Below are positions 50,932 through 60,626 of a stretch of 64,000 bases of DNA, in pieces. Origin of the DNA: an uncultured Gemmatimonadales bacterium. GTDB lineage: Bacteria; Gemmatimonadota; Gemmatimonadetes; Longimicrobiales; RSA9. The stretch lies in NCBI GenBank assembly GCA_963783305.1, contig CAWAMW010000002.1, forward strand, positions 800,001 to 864,000, written 5' to 3'. How positions within the stretch are numbered: the first letter of the stretch is position 1; the number at the start of each line of letters is the position of its first letter. A model generated the notes under the pieces. The model worked only from the letters and a program-made list of their open reading frames with translations. It had not been told where the DNA came from and made no database searches. The position numbers and the translations under genes were made by a program.

Positions 50932-51062
50932 GGTCCCCCCGCGCTCGACCACTGCAAGCCGCTTTCCGGAATGCGCAACCACGGGGCCGGGACCGACGCG
51001 GCCTTCCTGGTGGGTGGTGGTCTGGAAGAGTGAAACGACGGGTCCAGTCGGGGGTAGGGACC
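50932..51062 (+). ncRNA. Candidate structured ncRNA (long irregular hairpin, 6S-like)
   Basis: Nested pairings GGTCCC/GGGACC, CCCG/CGGG, GACC/GGTC, CGCTTTCCGGA/TCTGGAAGAGTG, ACCA/TGGT and GGGCCG/CGGCCT. Upstream TTTCAC-17nt-TACATT places +1 near 50932. Confidence 0.5.
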
Positions 51063-51066
51063 ACAC

Positions 51067-51086
51067 GACTGTAATCGACTGTAATC
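51067..51086. repeat. Perfect 10-bp direct repeat GACTGTAATC x2
   Basis: Seen directly, about 50 nt upstream of the DUF59 gene. Confidence 0.8.
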
Positions 51087-51136
51087 ACTGGCAGCCATCG
51101 CAACGGCGGTGGCCGAATTCCCTGGGGAAGAGACGC

Positions 51137-51433
51137 ATGGCGGACGAAGCGGCGGTACGGAAGGCGCTCCGGAAGGTGAAGGATCCGGAGCTGAACCTCG
51201 ACCTGGTGGTCCTGGGTCTGATCTACGATGTCAGCGTGACAGGGGACCACGCGCACGTGAGGATGTCCCTGACCACGCCCATGTGCCCGGCGGCCGACCA
51301 GATCGTCACGGACGCCAAGCGGGAGGTGGAGGGGGTGGAGGGGATCGACCACGCCGACATCGAGCTTACCTTCGACCCGCCGTGGAGCCCGGAGCGCATG
51401 GACCCCCTCATCCGCTCCTCTCTCGGCCTGTAG
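51137..51433 (+). CDS. DUF59/SufT-like metal-sulfur cluster assembly factor
   Basis: VKDPELNLDLVVLGLIY, LTTPMCP and FDPPWSPERM. Confidence 0.92.
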   Translation: MADEAAVRKALRKVKDPELNLDLVVLGLIYDVSVTGDHAHVRMSLTTPMCPAADQIVTDAKREVEGVEGIDHADIELTFDPPWSPERMDPLIRSSLGL

Positions 51434-51465
51434 GCCGCCACGAGCGGCACCTCCGTGGAATCCAC

Positions 51466-52308
51466 ATGACGTCAGAGCTGCGCGAGACCGGACCCAGCGG
51501 CGCTGAGGCCCGCGGCACCATCGTCTTCCTGCACGGGTTCCCGTTCGACGGGTCCATGTGGGAGCCCCAGCTGGCGGGCCTTCCCGACGGATGGCGCGGC
51601 ATTGCGCCCGATCTGCGCGGCTTCGGCGCGAACGCGCTGGACGCGCTACCGGGCGAGGTATCCACGGGAAAGAGGATGGGAGGCGGGATCGCCCTTCCCG
51701 CGGAGCCCGTCCTGACCATGGCGCGGCTCGCCGACGACATCGCGGCGGTCATCGACGAACGGGGCGCTGGCCGGGTGGTGGTGTGCGGTCTCTCCATGGG
51801 TGGCTACGTGGCCCTGGAGCTCTGGCGCCGTCACCCCGAGCGCGTCCGAGCCCTCGTCCTCGCCGATACTCGCTCGGAGGCCGATGACGACGAGGGTCGG
51901 GAGAACCGGCTCCGGATGGCCCAGACGGCGCGCTCCGCGGGCGCCCGCCCGATCGCCACCAGCATGCTCCCTTCGCTCCTCTCGGCCGCCACGCGCAGGG
52001 ACAGGCCAGAGGTGGTCATCCGCGTCAACGACATGATGCTCGGCACAGCGCCGGAGACGCTCGTCGCCGCGCTCGCCGGCATGGCGGCACGACACGACAT
52101 GACCGCCGCACTCCCGGACATCTCCGTGCCCACGCTCGTGCTCGTGGGAGCCGAAGACACCATCACACCCCCATCCGGGGCCCGCCGGATGGCCACGGCG
52201 ATCCCGGGGGCGACCCTCCAGGAGATCGACGGCGCCGGCCACCTGTCGAATCTGGAACGTCCCGAGCCGTTCAACCGGTCTCTCATGGAGTTCCTCGGCC
52301 GACTGTAG
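51466..52308 (+). CDS. Alpha/beta hydrolase (PcaD-like)
   Basis: LHGFP, DLRGFG, GLSMGG, ED and AGHLSNLE. Confidence 0.9.
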   Translation: MTSELRETGPSGAEARGTIVFLHGFPFDGSMWEPQLAGLPDGWRGIAPDLRGFGANALDALPGEVSTGKRMGGGIALPAEPVLTMARLADDIAAVIDERGAGRVVVCGLSMGGYVALELWRRHPERVRALVLADTRSEADDDEGRENRLRMAQTARSAGARPIATSMLPSLLSAATRRDRPEVVIRVNDMMLGTAPETLVAALAGMAARHDMTAALPDISVPTLVLVGAEDTITPPSGARRMATAIPGATLQEIDGAGHLSNLERPEPFNRSLMEFLGRL

Positions 52309-52335
52309 GCCGAGCCGGCGTCACCGGCCGGCGTT

Positions 52336-52393
52336 CCCCTTGACATTCGACAGGAGGCCATCGCACTATCTCCTGTAGAGTGTCGATGGGAGA
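52336..52393 (+). promoter_or_regulatory. Promoter with two imperfect palindromes (probable PadR operators)
   Basis: TTGACA (52340)-18nt-CACTAT; overlapping sites CCCCTTGACATTCGACAGGAG and TCTCCTGTAGAGTGTCGATGGGAGA. Confidence 0.55.
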
Positions 52394-52416
52394 GCCGCGG
52401 TACCGATCGGGAGTGG

Positions 52417-52752
52417 ATGATGACGCAGAGCAACTCGGACGTGCTGCAGGGGACCCTGGATCTGCTGATCCTGAAGGCGCTGTCGCTGCAGGCGATGCAC
52501 GGGTGGGGCGTGGCGCAGCGGATCCAGCAGATCTCACGCGACGTGCTGCAGGTAAACCAGGGGTCGCTGTATCCGGCGCTGCATCGTCTGGAGCACAGGG
52601 GCTGGATCGTGGCGGAATGGGGCACGAGCGAGAACAACCGGCGGGCGAAATTCTATCGGCTGACGGATACGGGGCGTGCGCAGCTGGGTGCCGAGGAGGC
52701 GATGTGGCGGCGGTTCTCCAGGGCGGTGGACCTCATCCTGGCGGAGGGCTGA
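52417..52752 (+). CDS. PadR-family regulator (acidobacterial type)
   Basis: LQGTLDLLILKAL, HGWG, GSLYPALHRLE and SENNRRAKFY. Confidence 0.93.
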   Translation: MMTQSNSDVLQGTLDLLILKALSLQAMHGWGVAQRIQQISRDVLQVNQGSLYPALHRLEHRGWIVAEWGTSENNRRAKFYRLTDTGRAQLGAEEAMWRRFSRAVDLILAEG

Positions 52753-52753
52753 G

Positions 52754-55456
52754 GTGAGCGCGGTGGGGGATCGGATCCGGGGCTTGGTAGTGCGGCTGCG
52801 TCGTCTGCTCGCGTTCGACCGGGCGGAGCGGGACCTGGAGGAAGAGCTTCGGCATCATCTCGATCTGGAGACGCGGGCGGGGGTGGAGCGTGGGTTGAGC
52901 CCGAAGGCGGCGCTGCGGGAGGCCCGGCTGAGGTTCGGCGGAGTGGAGCGGTACCGGGAGGAAGCGCGGGACGTGCGGCGGCTCGGCTGGTGGGATCGGC
53001 TGAGGCAGGACGCCCGGCTTTCCTGGCGAATCCTGGCGTCGAACCCCGGTTTCAGCGCTGCGGCGATCGTTACGCTGGGGCTCGGGATCGGCGCGAACAC
53101 GGCGATCTTCAGCGTGGTGGACGCCGTGCTGCTGAGCGAGTCCCCGTTCGCGGATCCCGACCAGCTGATCATGGTGTGGGAGACGGACCGGGGCAGCGAC
53201 AACGCCCACGAGCCGGCGAGCTGGCCCGACGTGGCGGATTTTCGGGAGCGCTCGCGTACGCTGTCGGCCATCGGCGCTGTGGTGGGGCAGGACTACACGC
53301 TGTCGTCGGGAGCGGGCGACCCCGAGCGCGTGGCTGGTGTGGCGGTGACGCCGAACGTCCCGGTGCTACTGGGCGTTCGCCCGATCGTGGGGCGAATCTT
53401 CACGCCCGGGGAGGGCCGTGCAAACGATGCTGCCGTAGTTCTGCTGGGCGAGGAGTTCTGGCGGGAGCGCTATGGCGGCGATCCCGGGGTAGTGGGCGCG
53501 ACGCTCGTGATCGAGGAGGAGCCGGCCACGGTGGTGGGTGTACTGCCGGCGGGGGCGGACCTGGGAATTCGGCAGATCCATGATCGTGCGGATTACGCGC
53601 CGTCGTTCAGCGGCGCGGACATCCAGGTGTGGGCGGCGTTTCAGCCTGCAGCGGAGGATTTCCCGAGGCAGACGCACCCGTTCCTGACGCTGGGTCGGCT
53701 GGCGCCGGGCGCTTCGCTGGCGGCCGCGCAGAGGGAGCTGTCCGGTATCGCGGCGGAGCTGGAGTCGATGTATTCGGAGAACGCGGGTCGTGGAGCGAAC
53801 CTCGAGCCGTACACCGAAGTGGTGTTCGGGGGCGTGCGGCGGGCGCTGTGGGTGCTGCTGGGCGCTGTTGGCCTGGTGCTCCTGATCACGTGCGCGAACG
53901 TGGCCAACCTGCTTCTGGCGCGCACCGCGAGTCGCAGGCGGGAGGTAGCCGTCCGCCAGGCGCTGGGCGCGCCGGCGTCGCGGATCCGGAGCCAGTTCCT
54001 GGTGGAGGCGCTGGTGCTGACCGGGCTGGGCGCCGCGGCTGGGGTGGCGGTGGCGTTTGCGGGACTCGCGCTGCTGCTGGCGCTCGCACCGGCGGACATC
54101 CCGCGGCTCGGCCAGGCCACGGTGGACGGCCGCGTGCTTCTCTACACAATGGCGGTGTCCACCCTGGTGGCGGTGGCGTTCGGGGTCCTGCCCGCCCTGC
54201 AGACGGGCCGGCTGGAGGTGCAGGAGGCGCTGAGAGCGCAGGCAGGGCGGCGGAGCTCCGAGGGGCGCGCCTCCCGCCGGTTCCGCGGGGCGCTGGTGGT
54301 GGCGGAAGTGGCCCTGACGGTGATGCTCGTCATCGGCGCCGGGCTGATGCTGCGCAGCGTCTGGGAGATGCGGCGGGTGGAGCCCGGGTTCGATGCAGCC
54401 CGCGTGGTCAAAGCGCAGTACCAGCTTCCCGACACCCGTTATCCGAGGGATTTCTCGCGGTGGCCCGACATCCCGGAAATCAATGATTTCCACGCCCGGT
54501 TCCTGGAAGCGGTGCGGAGCGTACCCGGAGTGGAGGCCGCGGCCATCGCCGGCGGCCACCCGCTCGATCCGGGGTTCACGAACTCGTTCACGATCCTCGG
54601 GCGGGAGTCGGAGTCGGCGGACTACCCCGAGATCCGGACACGTTTCCTTTCCCCGGGCTACCTGGAGACGCTGGGTGTCGATCTCGTGGCCGGCCGGGAC
54701 ATCAGGGCGAGCGACGACGTCCACTCGCCACCGGTGGTAGTGATCAACCGCGCCGCGGCCGCCCGCTACTTCCCAAAGGGCGACCCTCTCGGTCAGTCGA
54801 TCCGGTTCTGGGGCACCGACCGGCAGATCGTGGGGGTGATCGGCGACGAGCGGTTCCAGGGCGTGGACCGACCCGCGGAGCCAGCGGCGTACGCGCCACT
54901 TCTCCAGAACCCGCAGCAGAGCGCGACGCTCCTGGTCCGTAGCGAGGGTGATCCGCTGGCGGTGGTGCCGGAGATCCGGCGGAGCTTCCGTAAGCTCGAT
55001 CCTCAGCTGGCGCTGTTCGACGTGGAGCCACTGGCCACCACGCTCTCCGAGAGCATGTCGCGGCCCCGCTTCCTCGCCACCCTTCTGACTCTCTTCGCCG
55101 GACTCTCCATCCTGCTTGCGCTGGTCGGCGTCCACGGTGTGCTCAGCTACACCGTGGCCCGTCGCGCGCCCGAGGTGGGGATCCGGATGGCGATGGGCGC
55201 GACTCGCGCCCGTGTCATGGGCGCGGTGATGGGGGAGGGGCTCGCGCTGGCCGCCCTCGGAGTCGTGGTGGGCATGATGGCGGCGCTCGCCGGGTCCCAC
55301 CTCCTCGGCAGCCTCGTGTTCGGCGTCACCACCACCGACCCGGCTACGTTCGTGGCCGTTCCGGCGCTGGTGCTGGCGACGGCGGCCGCGGCCAGCGCGC
55401 GGCCAGCCTGGCGGGCCGCGCGGGGTGACCCCCTCAGTGCGCTTCGGGCGGACTGA
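52754..55456 (+). CDS. ADOP-family duplicated ABC (MacB/FtsX-like) permease
   Basis: DLEEELRHHL prefix domain, LGIGANTAIFSVV, CANVANLLLAR, EVGIRMAMGA and DPLSALRAD; no adjacent ATPase. Confidence 0.92.
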   Translation: MSAVGDRIRGLVVRLRRLLAFDRAERDLEEELRHHLDLETRAGVERGLSPKAALREARLRFGGVERYREEARDVRRLGWWDRLRQDARLSWRILASNPGFSAAAIVTLGLGIGANTAIFSVVDAVLLSESPFADPDQLIMVWETDRGSDNAHEPASWPDVADFRERSRTLSAIGAVVGQDYTLSSGAGDPERVAGVAVTPNVPVLLGVRPIVGRIFTPGEGRANDAAVVLLGEEFWRERYGGDPGVVGATLVIEEEPATVVGVLPAGADLGIRQIHDRADYAPSFSGADIQVWAAFQPAAEDFPRQTHPFLTLGRLAPGASLAAAQRELSGIAAELESMYSENAGRGANLEPYTEVVFGGVRRALWVLLGAVGLVLLITCANVANLLLARTASRRREVAVRQALGAPASRIRSQFLVEALVLTGLGAAAGVAVAFAGLALLLALAPADIPRLGQATVDGRVLLYTMAVSTLVAVAFGVLPALQTGRLEVQEALRAQAGRRSSEGRASRRFRGALVVAEVALTVMLVIGAGLMLRSVWEMRRVEPGFDAARVVKAQYQLPDTRYPRDFSRWPDIPEINDFHARFLEAVRSVPGVEAAAIAGGHPLDPGFTNSFTILGRESESADYPEIRTRFLSPGYLETLGVDLVAGRDIRASDDVHSPPVVVINRAAAARYFPKGDPLGQSIRFWGTDRQIVGVIGDERFQGVDRPAEPAAYAPLLQNPQQSATLLVRSEGDPLAVVPEIRRSFRKLDPQLALFDVEPLATTLSESMSRPRFLATLLTLFAGLSILLALVGVHGVLSYTVARRAPEVGIRMAMGATRARVMGAVMGEGLALAALGVVVGMMAALAGSHLLGSLVFGVTTTDPATFVAVPALVLATAAAASARPAWRAARGDPLSALRAD

Positions 55457-55470
55457 GCGGCGACCCGGCG

Positions 55471-58008
55471 CTATTGCTGGTCGTCATCCGGCTCGGCGGC
55501 GGCGATCAGCTCCATCTGTTCCTCGTGCTGCCCCGATTCCCCGGCAGAGGGCTCTCCTTCCGCCTGCTTTTCCGACCCGCGCTCGGATGCCACCCGGCTG
55601 ACCTCCACCACGCGGTCTCCCACGGCCATGCTGATGAGCTGCTTGCCCTGTGTGGCCCTGCCCTGGATGGGGATCTTCGCGGCGGCCAGCCGGGCGCCCT
55701 TGCCGGCGGCGGTGGTGACCATGAGCTCGTCGCCCTCGAGTACTTCCTTCGCGCTCACCAGCGGCCCCGTCCGCTCGCTGACGCTGAGCGCGGCCGTCCC
55801 CTGCCCGCCGCGTCCCTGGACGCGGAAGTCGGCGATGGGGGTGCGCTTGGCGAACCCGTTGGCGGTGACGCAGGCGAGGGTGGCCTCGCGGCGAACGACG
55901 ACCATCCCGACCACCGCGTCATCGTCCTTGAGCCGAACGCCGATGACGCCCTGGGCGGTGCGGCCGACCTGCGGCACGTCCGTTTCCGGGAACCGTATGG
56001 CGCGGCCCTGTGCGGTGACCAGGACGACGTCGTTGACGCCATCGCTCATGCGGACGTCGAGGAGCTCGTCCTCGTCCTTGAGGTTGATGGCGATGATGCC
56101 ACCCGCCCGGATGTTGGCAAACTCGCTCAGCTGTGTGCGCTTCACGATCCCGCCGCGGGTGAGGAAGACCAGGTCCACGTCCTCCTCGTACTCGGTGATG
56201 GGCAGCAGAGCGGCCACGGCGATGCCGGCGTCGAAGCCCAGCAGCTGGTTCAGCGCGCGGCCGCGGCTGGCTCGGCTGCTCTCCGGGATGTCGAGGACGC
56301 CGATCTCGTACGAGTGGCCATCGCCGGTGATGATGAGCAGCACGTCGTGCGTGCTGGCGATGAACACGTGCTCGAGGAAGTCCTCCTCGTACTTCTCCAT
56401 CCCCGCCAGTGCCTTCCCGCTGGTGACGCGTCGACGGTAGAGCGATACGGGCATCCGCTTGATGTAGCCCTGGTGGCTGACGGTGATGACCACATCCTCC
56501 TGGGCGATCATGTCCTCCATCTTGAACTCGGCGTCGCCCGTGACGATGGTCGTGCGGCGGCCGTCACCGTACTTCTCCACCATCTCGTCCAGCTCGGAGA
56601 GGAAGAGCGCCTCCTGGCGCTCGGGCGAGTCGAGGAGGTCGAACAGGTCCTTGATCTGCGCCTTCAGCTCTTTCAGCCGGGCCTTCAGCTCCTTCGTCTC
56701 GAGCTCGGTGAGGCGGTGGAGCCGCATGTTCAGGATAGCGTCGGCCTGAATGCTGGACAGGTCGAAGGCGGCCTGGAGCTTGTCGCTCGCCTCCTCCTTG
56801 CCTCTCGACTCGCGGATGATCCGGATCACCTCGTCGATGTTGTCGAGGGCGGTGATCAGCCCTTCGGTGACGTGCGCCTCGGCCTTGGCCTGCTCCAGGT
56901 CGTGGGCGGCGCGCCGCTGGATGACCTCGACCCGGTGGTCGCGGTACTTCTCCAGCATCTGCCGCAGCGTCATCTCGCGGGGCACGCCGTGGTCCAGCGC
57001 GATCATGATGGCGCCGAATGTGGCCTGCATGTACGTCTTCTTGTAGAGCTTGTTGAGCACCGGCTGGACCTTGGCGCCGCGCTTCAGCTCGATGACGATC
57101 CGCATCCCGTCCCGGTCGCTCTCGTCCCGGAGGTCGCTGATGTCGTCGACCGTCTTTTTCCGCACCAGGTCGGCGACCTGCTCGATCACCTTCGACTTGT
57201 TCACCCCGTACGGCAGCTCCGTGACGACGAGCTGCTCCTTCCCGCCCCGTTTCGCCTCCCGCTGCACCCGCGCCCGCATGGTCATCCGGCCCCGGCCGGT
57301 CTCGTACGCCTCCCGGATCCCGTCGGTGCCGATGATGAACCCGCCTGTGGGGAAGTCGGGGCCGGGGATGACGGCCAGGAGATCGTCGACGGTGCAATCG
57401 GGCGTGTCCGTAATGAGGTGGAGTCCCGCGGCGATCTCGCGCAGGTTGTGGGGCGGGATGTTGGTGGCCATCCCCACGGCGATCCCGGACGATCCGTTGA
57501 TGAGCAGGTTCGGCAGCTTCGACGGCAGGACCCGCGGCTCCTGCCGCTGGTTGTCGAAGGTGTCAGTGAAGTCGACGGTCTCCTTGTCGAGGTCCGCCAG
57601 CAGGTCGGTGGCGATGGCCTCCAGCCGCGCCTCCGTGTACCGGTAGGCGGCGGCGTTGTCCCCATCGATGCTGCCGAAGTTCCCCTGCCCGTCCACCAGC
57701 GGGTAGCGCAGGCTGAACGGCTGGACCATCCGGACCATGGCGTCGTAGACCGCGGAGTCGCCGTGCGGGTGGTATTTACCCAGCACCTCACCCACCACGT
57801 TCGCGCTCTTCTTGTACGGCCGCGTCGGTCCGAGACCGATGTCGCTCATGGCGTACAGGATCCGGCGGTGCACCGGCTTCAGGCCGTCCCGCACATCGGG
57901 CAGCGCCCGCTGCACGATCACGCTCATGGAATAGTCCAGGAAGGAGTCCCGCATCTCCTCTTCGATCAGACGCGGGAGCACGCGTTCGCGGCGTTGGGGC
58001 ATCACCAT
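55471..58008 (-). CDS. Type IIA topoisomerase subunit A (GyrA family; GyrA-box absent, so possibly ParC-like)
   Basis: [37 protein letters not shown] (catalytic Tyr) and C-terminal pinwheel repeats. Confidence 0.92.
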   Translation of the reverse strand: MVMPQRRERVLPRLIEEEMRDSFLDYSMSVIVQRALPDVRDGLKPVHRRILYAMSDIGLGPTRPYKKSANVVGEVLGKYHPHGDSAVYDAMVRMVQPFSLRYPLVDGQGNFGSIDGDNAAAYRYTEARLEAIATDLLADLDKETVDFTDTFDNQRQEPRVLPSKLPNLLINGSSGIAVGMATNIPPHNLREIAAGLHLITDTPDCTVDDLLAVIPGPDFPTGGFIIGTDGIREAYETGRGRMTMRARVQREAKRGGKEQLVVTELPYGVNKSKVIEQVADLVRKKTVDDISDLRDESDRDGMRIVIELKRGAKVQPVLNKLYKKTYMQATFGAIMIALDHGVPREMTLRQMLEKYRDHRVEVIQRRAAHDLEQAKAEAHVTEGLITALDNIDEVIRIIRESRGKEEASDKLQAAFDLSSIQADAILNMRLHRLTELETKELKARLKELKAQIKDLFDLLDSPERQEALFLSELDEMVEKYGDGRRTTIVTGDAEFKMEDMIAQEDVVITVSHQGYIKRMPVSLYRRRVTSGKALAGMEKYEEDFLEHVFIASTHDVLLIITGDGHSYEIGVLDIPESSRASRGRALNQLLGFDAGIAVAALLPITEYEEDVDLVFLTRGGIVKRTQLSEFANIRAGGIIAINLKDEDELLDVRMSDGVNDVVLVTAQGRAIRFPETDVPQVGRTAQGVIGVRLKDDDAVVGMVVVRREATLACVTANGFAKRTPIADFRVQGRGGQGTAALSVSERTGPLVSAKEVLEGDELMVTTAAGKGARLAAAKIPIQGRATQGKQLISMAVGDRVVEVSRVASERGSEKQAEGEPSAGESGQHEEQMELIAAAEPDDDQQ

Positions 58009-58134
58009 GCTGCTTCAGGCCTCCGGCAAAACGGATGGGTCAGGGTGTCCTGCCCCCAATGTGAGGGAGCGGTGCATCCGCGTCTACCCGGCCGGGGCCG
58101 GCGCGGGATCCAGCAGGACGCGGGGTGCCCGGGG

Positions 58135-60543
58135 TCAGTCCGCGGGCATCGCAGCGCGCACTGCGAGCAGCAGTTGCTGCGTGGTGAACGGCTTCTCGAG
58201 GAACATTGCACCGCGCCCCGCCACCCCGTGACGGATCACCTCATCATCGGTGTACCCGCTGGTGAAGAGTGTGGGGATGTGGATGTCGCTCTGGTGGAGC
58301 GCCTCGGCGAGCTCGGGGCCGCTCATCTCGGGCATCACCACGTCCGTGAGCAGCAGGTCGATGGACTCGCGGCGGGCGTGGGCGATTTCGAGCGCGGCGG
58401 TCGGCGTGGCGGCTTCGAGCACGGAATAGTCGTTCTTCTCGAGCACGCGGCGGGCGAGCCGACGAACGGCCGCCTCGTCCTCGACCAGGAGGATTACGCG
58501 TCCGTCCGGCTCCTTCCCCACCGGAGCGGCTGGTTCGGCGTCGGCGATGACCGCCGTGTCCTCGGTCAGCGGTTCGTCCACGGCCGGGAAGAAGATATCG
58601 AAACGGCTGCCCTCCCCCACCGTGCTGTCCGCCCGAACGTGGCCGTCGGACTGCCTCACGATCCCGTACAGCGTGGCGAGCCCGAGCCCCGTCCCCTTGC
58701 CCTGCTCCTTTGTGGTGTAGAAGGGCTCGAAGATGTGGCCGATCACGTCGCTGCCCATCCCGTGCCCGGTGTCGTGGACTGTGAGCCGGACGTAGTCGCC
58801 CGCCGCCATGGCGTCTCCGTAGGGGTCCTCGCCGGTCGTGTGGACCGGGTGGTCGGCGAGCTCGAGGGAGAGCGTGCCGCCCTGTGGCATGGCGTCGCGC
58901 GCGTTCACGACGAGGTTCATGAGGACCTGCTCGAACTGCGCGGGATCCACCCTGACCGGAGCGGTGGCGCTCTGGAGCTCGACGCGGAGATCGATCTGCT
59001 CGCCGATCAGCCGACGAATCATGGGCAGCATGCCGGATACGATCACGCCGGGGCTCACCACCACCGGCTTCAGCACCTGCTGGCGGCTGAACGCCAGGAG
59101 CTGGCGCGTGAGTGACGCGGCTCGATCAGCGCTCCGTACGACCTCCGCCATGTCCTCGCGTCCCGGAATGTCTCCCGGCAGGTCCGCCAGAGCCAGCTCC
59201 GCGTGACCGCGTAGCGCGGTCAGAACATTGTTGAAGTCGTGCGCGATCCCGCCCGCCAGCCTGCCGACCACCTCCATCCGATCCGCGTGGCGGACCCGCT
59301 CCTGGAGGCCCCTGTGCTCCGTCACGTCGCGCGCGTTGCACACGATCCCGCCCACGGCAGGGTCACCGATACGGTTGGTGGCGATGATCTCCAGCGTGCG
59401 CCAGCCGCCCTCCTTCGTTCGGCAGCGCACCTCGAGCTCCGCGGTCTCGTTGCCGCCCGCCATCTCCTCCAGCATCGCCGCCGCGCTCGTCAGGTCGTCC
59501 GGGTGCACCAGATCGCCGTAGCCCATGCCGGTCAGCTCGTCCGCCGTCCAGCCGAGGATACGCTCCACCGAGGGGTTCTGGTACCGAATCACTCCATGGG
59601 GGTCCACGATCGAGACCGTGTCGGCCGCGTTCTCCAGGAGCGATCGCAGGCGTCCCTCTCGCTCCCGCAGCTGGTTCCGCGACGTCTCCAGCTCGTTGCT
59701 GAGTGCCTGAAGGTGGCGGGCCCGGTTGGATGCCGCCCTGCGCCACGCCAGCAGGCCGAGGATCAGGAGCGCGAGCGCGGCGATCCCGATGTATCGGTAG
59801 GGCGGGACGGGGGCGAACCGGATGTCGTCGATGGTGCGCGGGTAGAGGTAGTACCCATCCGTGGGCGGATTGCTGCTGGAGATCTGGCCCAGGACTCCCA
59901 CCACCTCCACCGTCCGCCCGGCCGCCAGCTGCTCCACCAGCTCGGGGTCCGTGAGCCAGCTCGGCGGGATGAGAACGGCGATGACGCCGGTCTCATCCTC
60001 CAGTTCGGCCTGAGCCCACACCTCCGCGTCCGCCCGGGCCCGGAGCACGCCCGTCAGCCGCACCAGCTGCGATCCCTGCTGCCGCTCCTGCCGCGCCTCG
60101 GCGACCGAAAGATCCAGAGGCTCCGGCGCTCCTGCGGTCCCCAGCAGAGCGATCTCCGCCACCGCGATGAACTCGGCCCCACGGTACTGGCCGATGACGC
60201 CGCGCACCCGGAGACTGTCGCCCGTCCGGAGGGCGAGGAGCGTGGGCGCCTCCGTGCTGTAGACGGCGACGGCCCCGCTCCGATCCTGGAGATAGGTGAC
60301 CGCTCCGCCATCGCCGAACGCTACCGGCGGGACCGTCACCACACCGTCCACCACGACCGTGTCTCCCAGCCGGTCGGGGGCCCAGTCGCCGTCGGCATCC
60401 CGGATCACATCGAACAGCGCTGCCGGGGCGGGGACCCTCCCCTGATCGGGATCAGGCGACTGGGCGGGGGCGGGCGCGAATGCGGCGGCGAGCATGAGGA
60501 GGCAGCCGGTGAGATGCCGCGGTCCAAGGGAGATTCTGCGCAT
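58135..60543 (-). CDS. Hybrid sensor kinase: extracellular tandem OB-fold-like domains, TM, PAS, HisKA, HATPase, REC
   Basis: AGGIAHDFNN, NARDAM, DTGHGM, GKGTGLGL, LLTDVVMP and KPF; signal peptide and a single TM (YIGIAALALLILGLLAW). Confidence 0.9.
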   Translation of the reverse strand: MRRISLGPRHLTGCLLMLAAAFAPAPAQSPDPDQGRVPAPAALFDVIRDADGDWAPDRLGDTVVVDGVVTVPPVAFGDGGAVTYLQDRSGAVAVYSTEAPTLLALRTGDSLRVRGVIGQYRGAEFIAVAEIALLGTAGAPEPLDLSVAEARQERQQGSQLVRLTGVLRARADAEVWAQAELEDETGVIAVLIPPSWLTDPELVEQLAAGRTVEVVGVLGQISSSNPPTDGYYLYPRTIDDIRFAPVPPYRYIGIAALALLILGLLAWRRAASNRARHLQALSNELETSRNQLREREGRLRSLLENAADTVSIVDPHGVIRYQNPSVERILGWTADELTGMGYGDLVHPDDLTSAAAMLEEMAGGNETAELEVRCRTKEGGWRTLEIIATNRIGDPAVGGIVCNARDVTEHRGLQERVRHADRMEVVGRLAGGIAHDFNNVLTALRGHAELALADLPGDIPGREDMAEVVRSADRAASLTRQLLAFSRQQVLKPVVVSPGVIVSGMLPMIRRLIGEQIDLRVELQSATAPVRVDPAQFEQVLMNLVVNARDAMPQGGTLSLELADHPVHTTGEDPYGDAMAAGDYVRLTVHDTGHGMGSDVIGHIFEPFYTTKEQGKGTGLGLATLYGIVRQSDGHVRADSTVGEGSRFDIFFPAVDEPLTEDTAVIADAEPAAPVGKEPDGRVILLVEDEAAVRRLARRVLEKNDYSVLEAATPTAALEIAHARRESIDLLLTDVVMPEMSGPELAEALHQSDIHIPTLFTSGYTDDEVIRHGVAGRGAMFLEKPFTTQQLLLAVRAAMPAD

Positions 60544-60626
60544 TGGAATCGTCGGAGAGGTGAATCGCTGCTGCTAGTATCGGCGGCGCGGGCCGAATGT
60601 TTAGAGTCGCGCCCGAAGCGCGTGCC

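Noticed and set aside
50718..51098. 126-aa ORF ending at the TGA
   Set aside because: Only the last 10 codons are real; they are the N-terminus of the selenoprotein starting at 50750.
50800..51100. tRNA-Sec, tmRNA or SRP RNA next to the selenoprotein gene
   Set aside because: No T-loop/CCA cloverleaf, no tmRNA tag or ends, and no SRP domain IV motif found.
55474..59115. 1213-aa + strand ORF
   Set aside because: Antisense shadow of the topoisomerase and kinase genes; no motifs, and such ORFs are expected in high-GC DNA.
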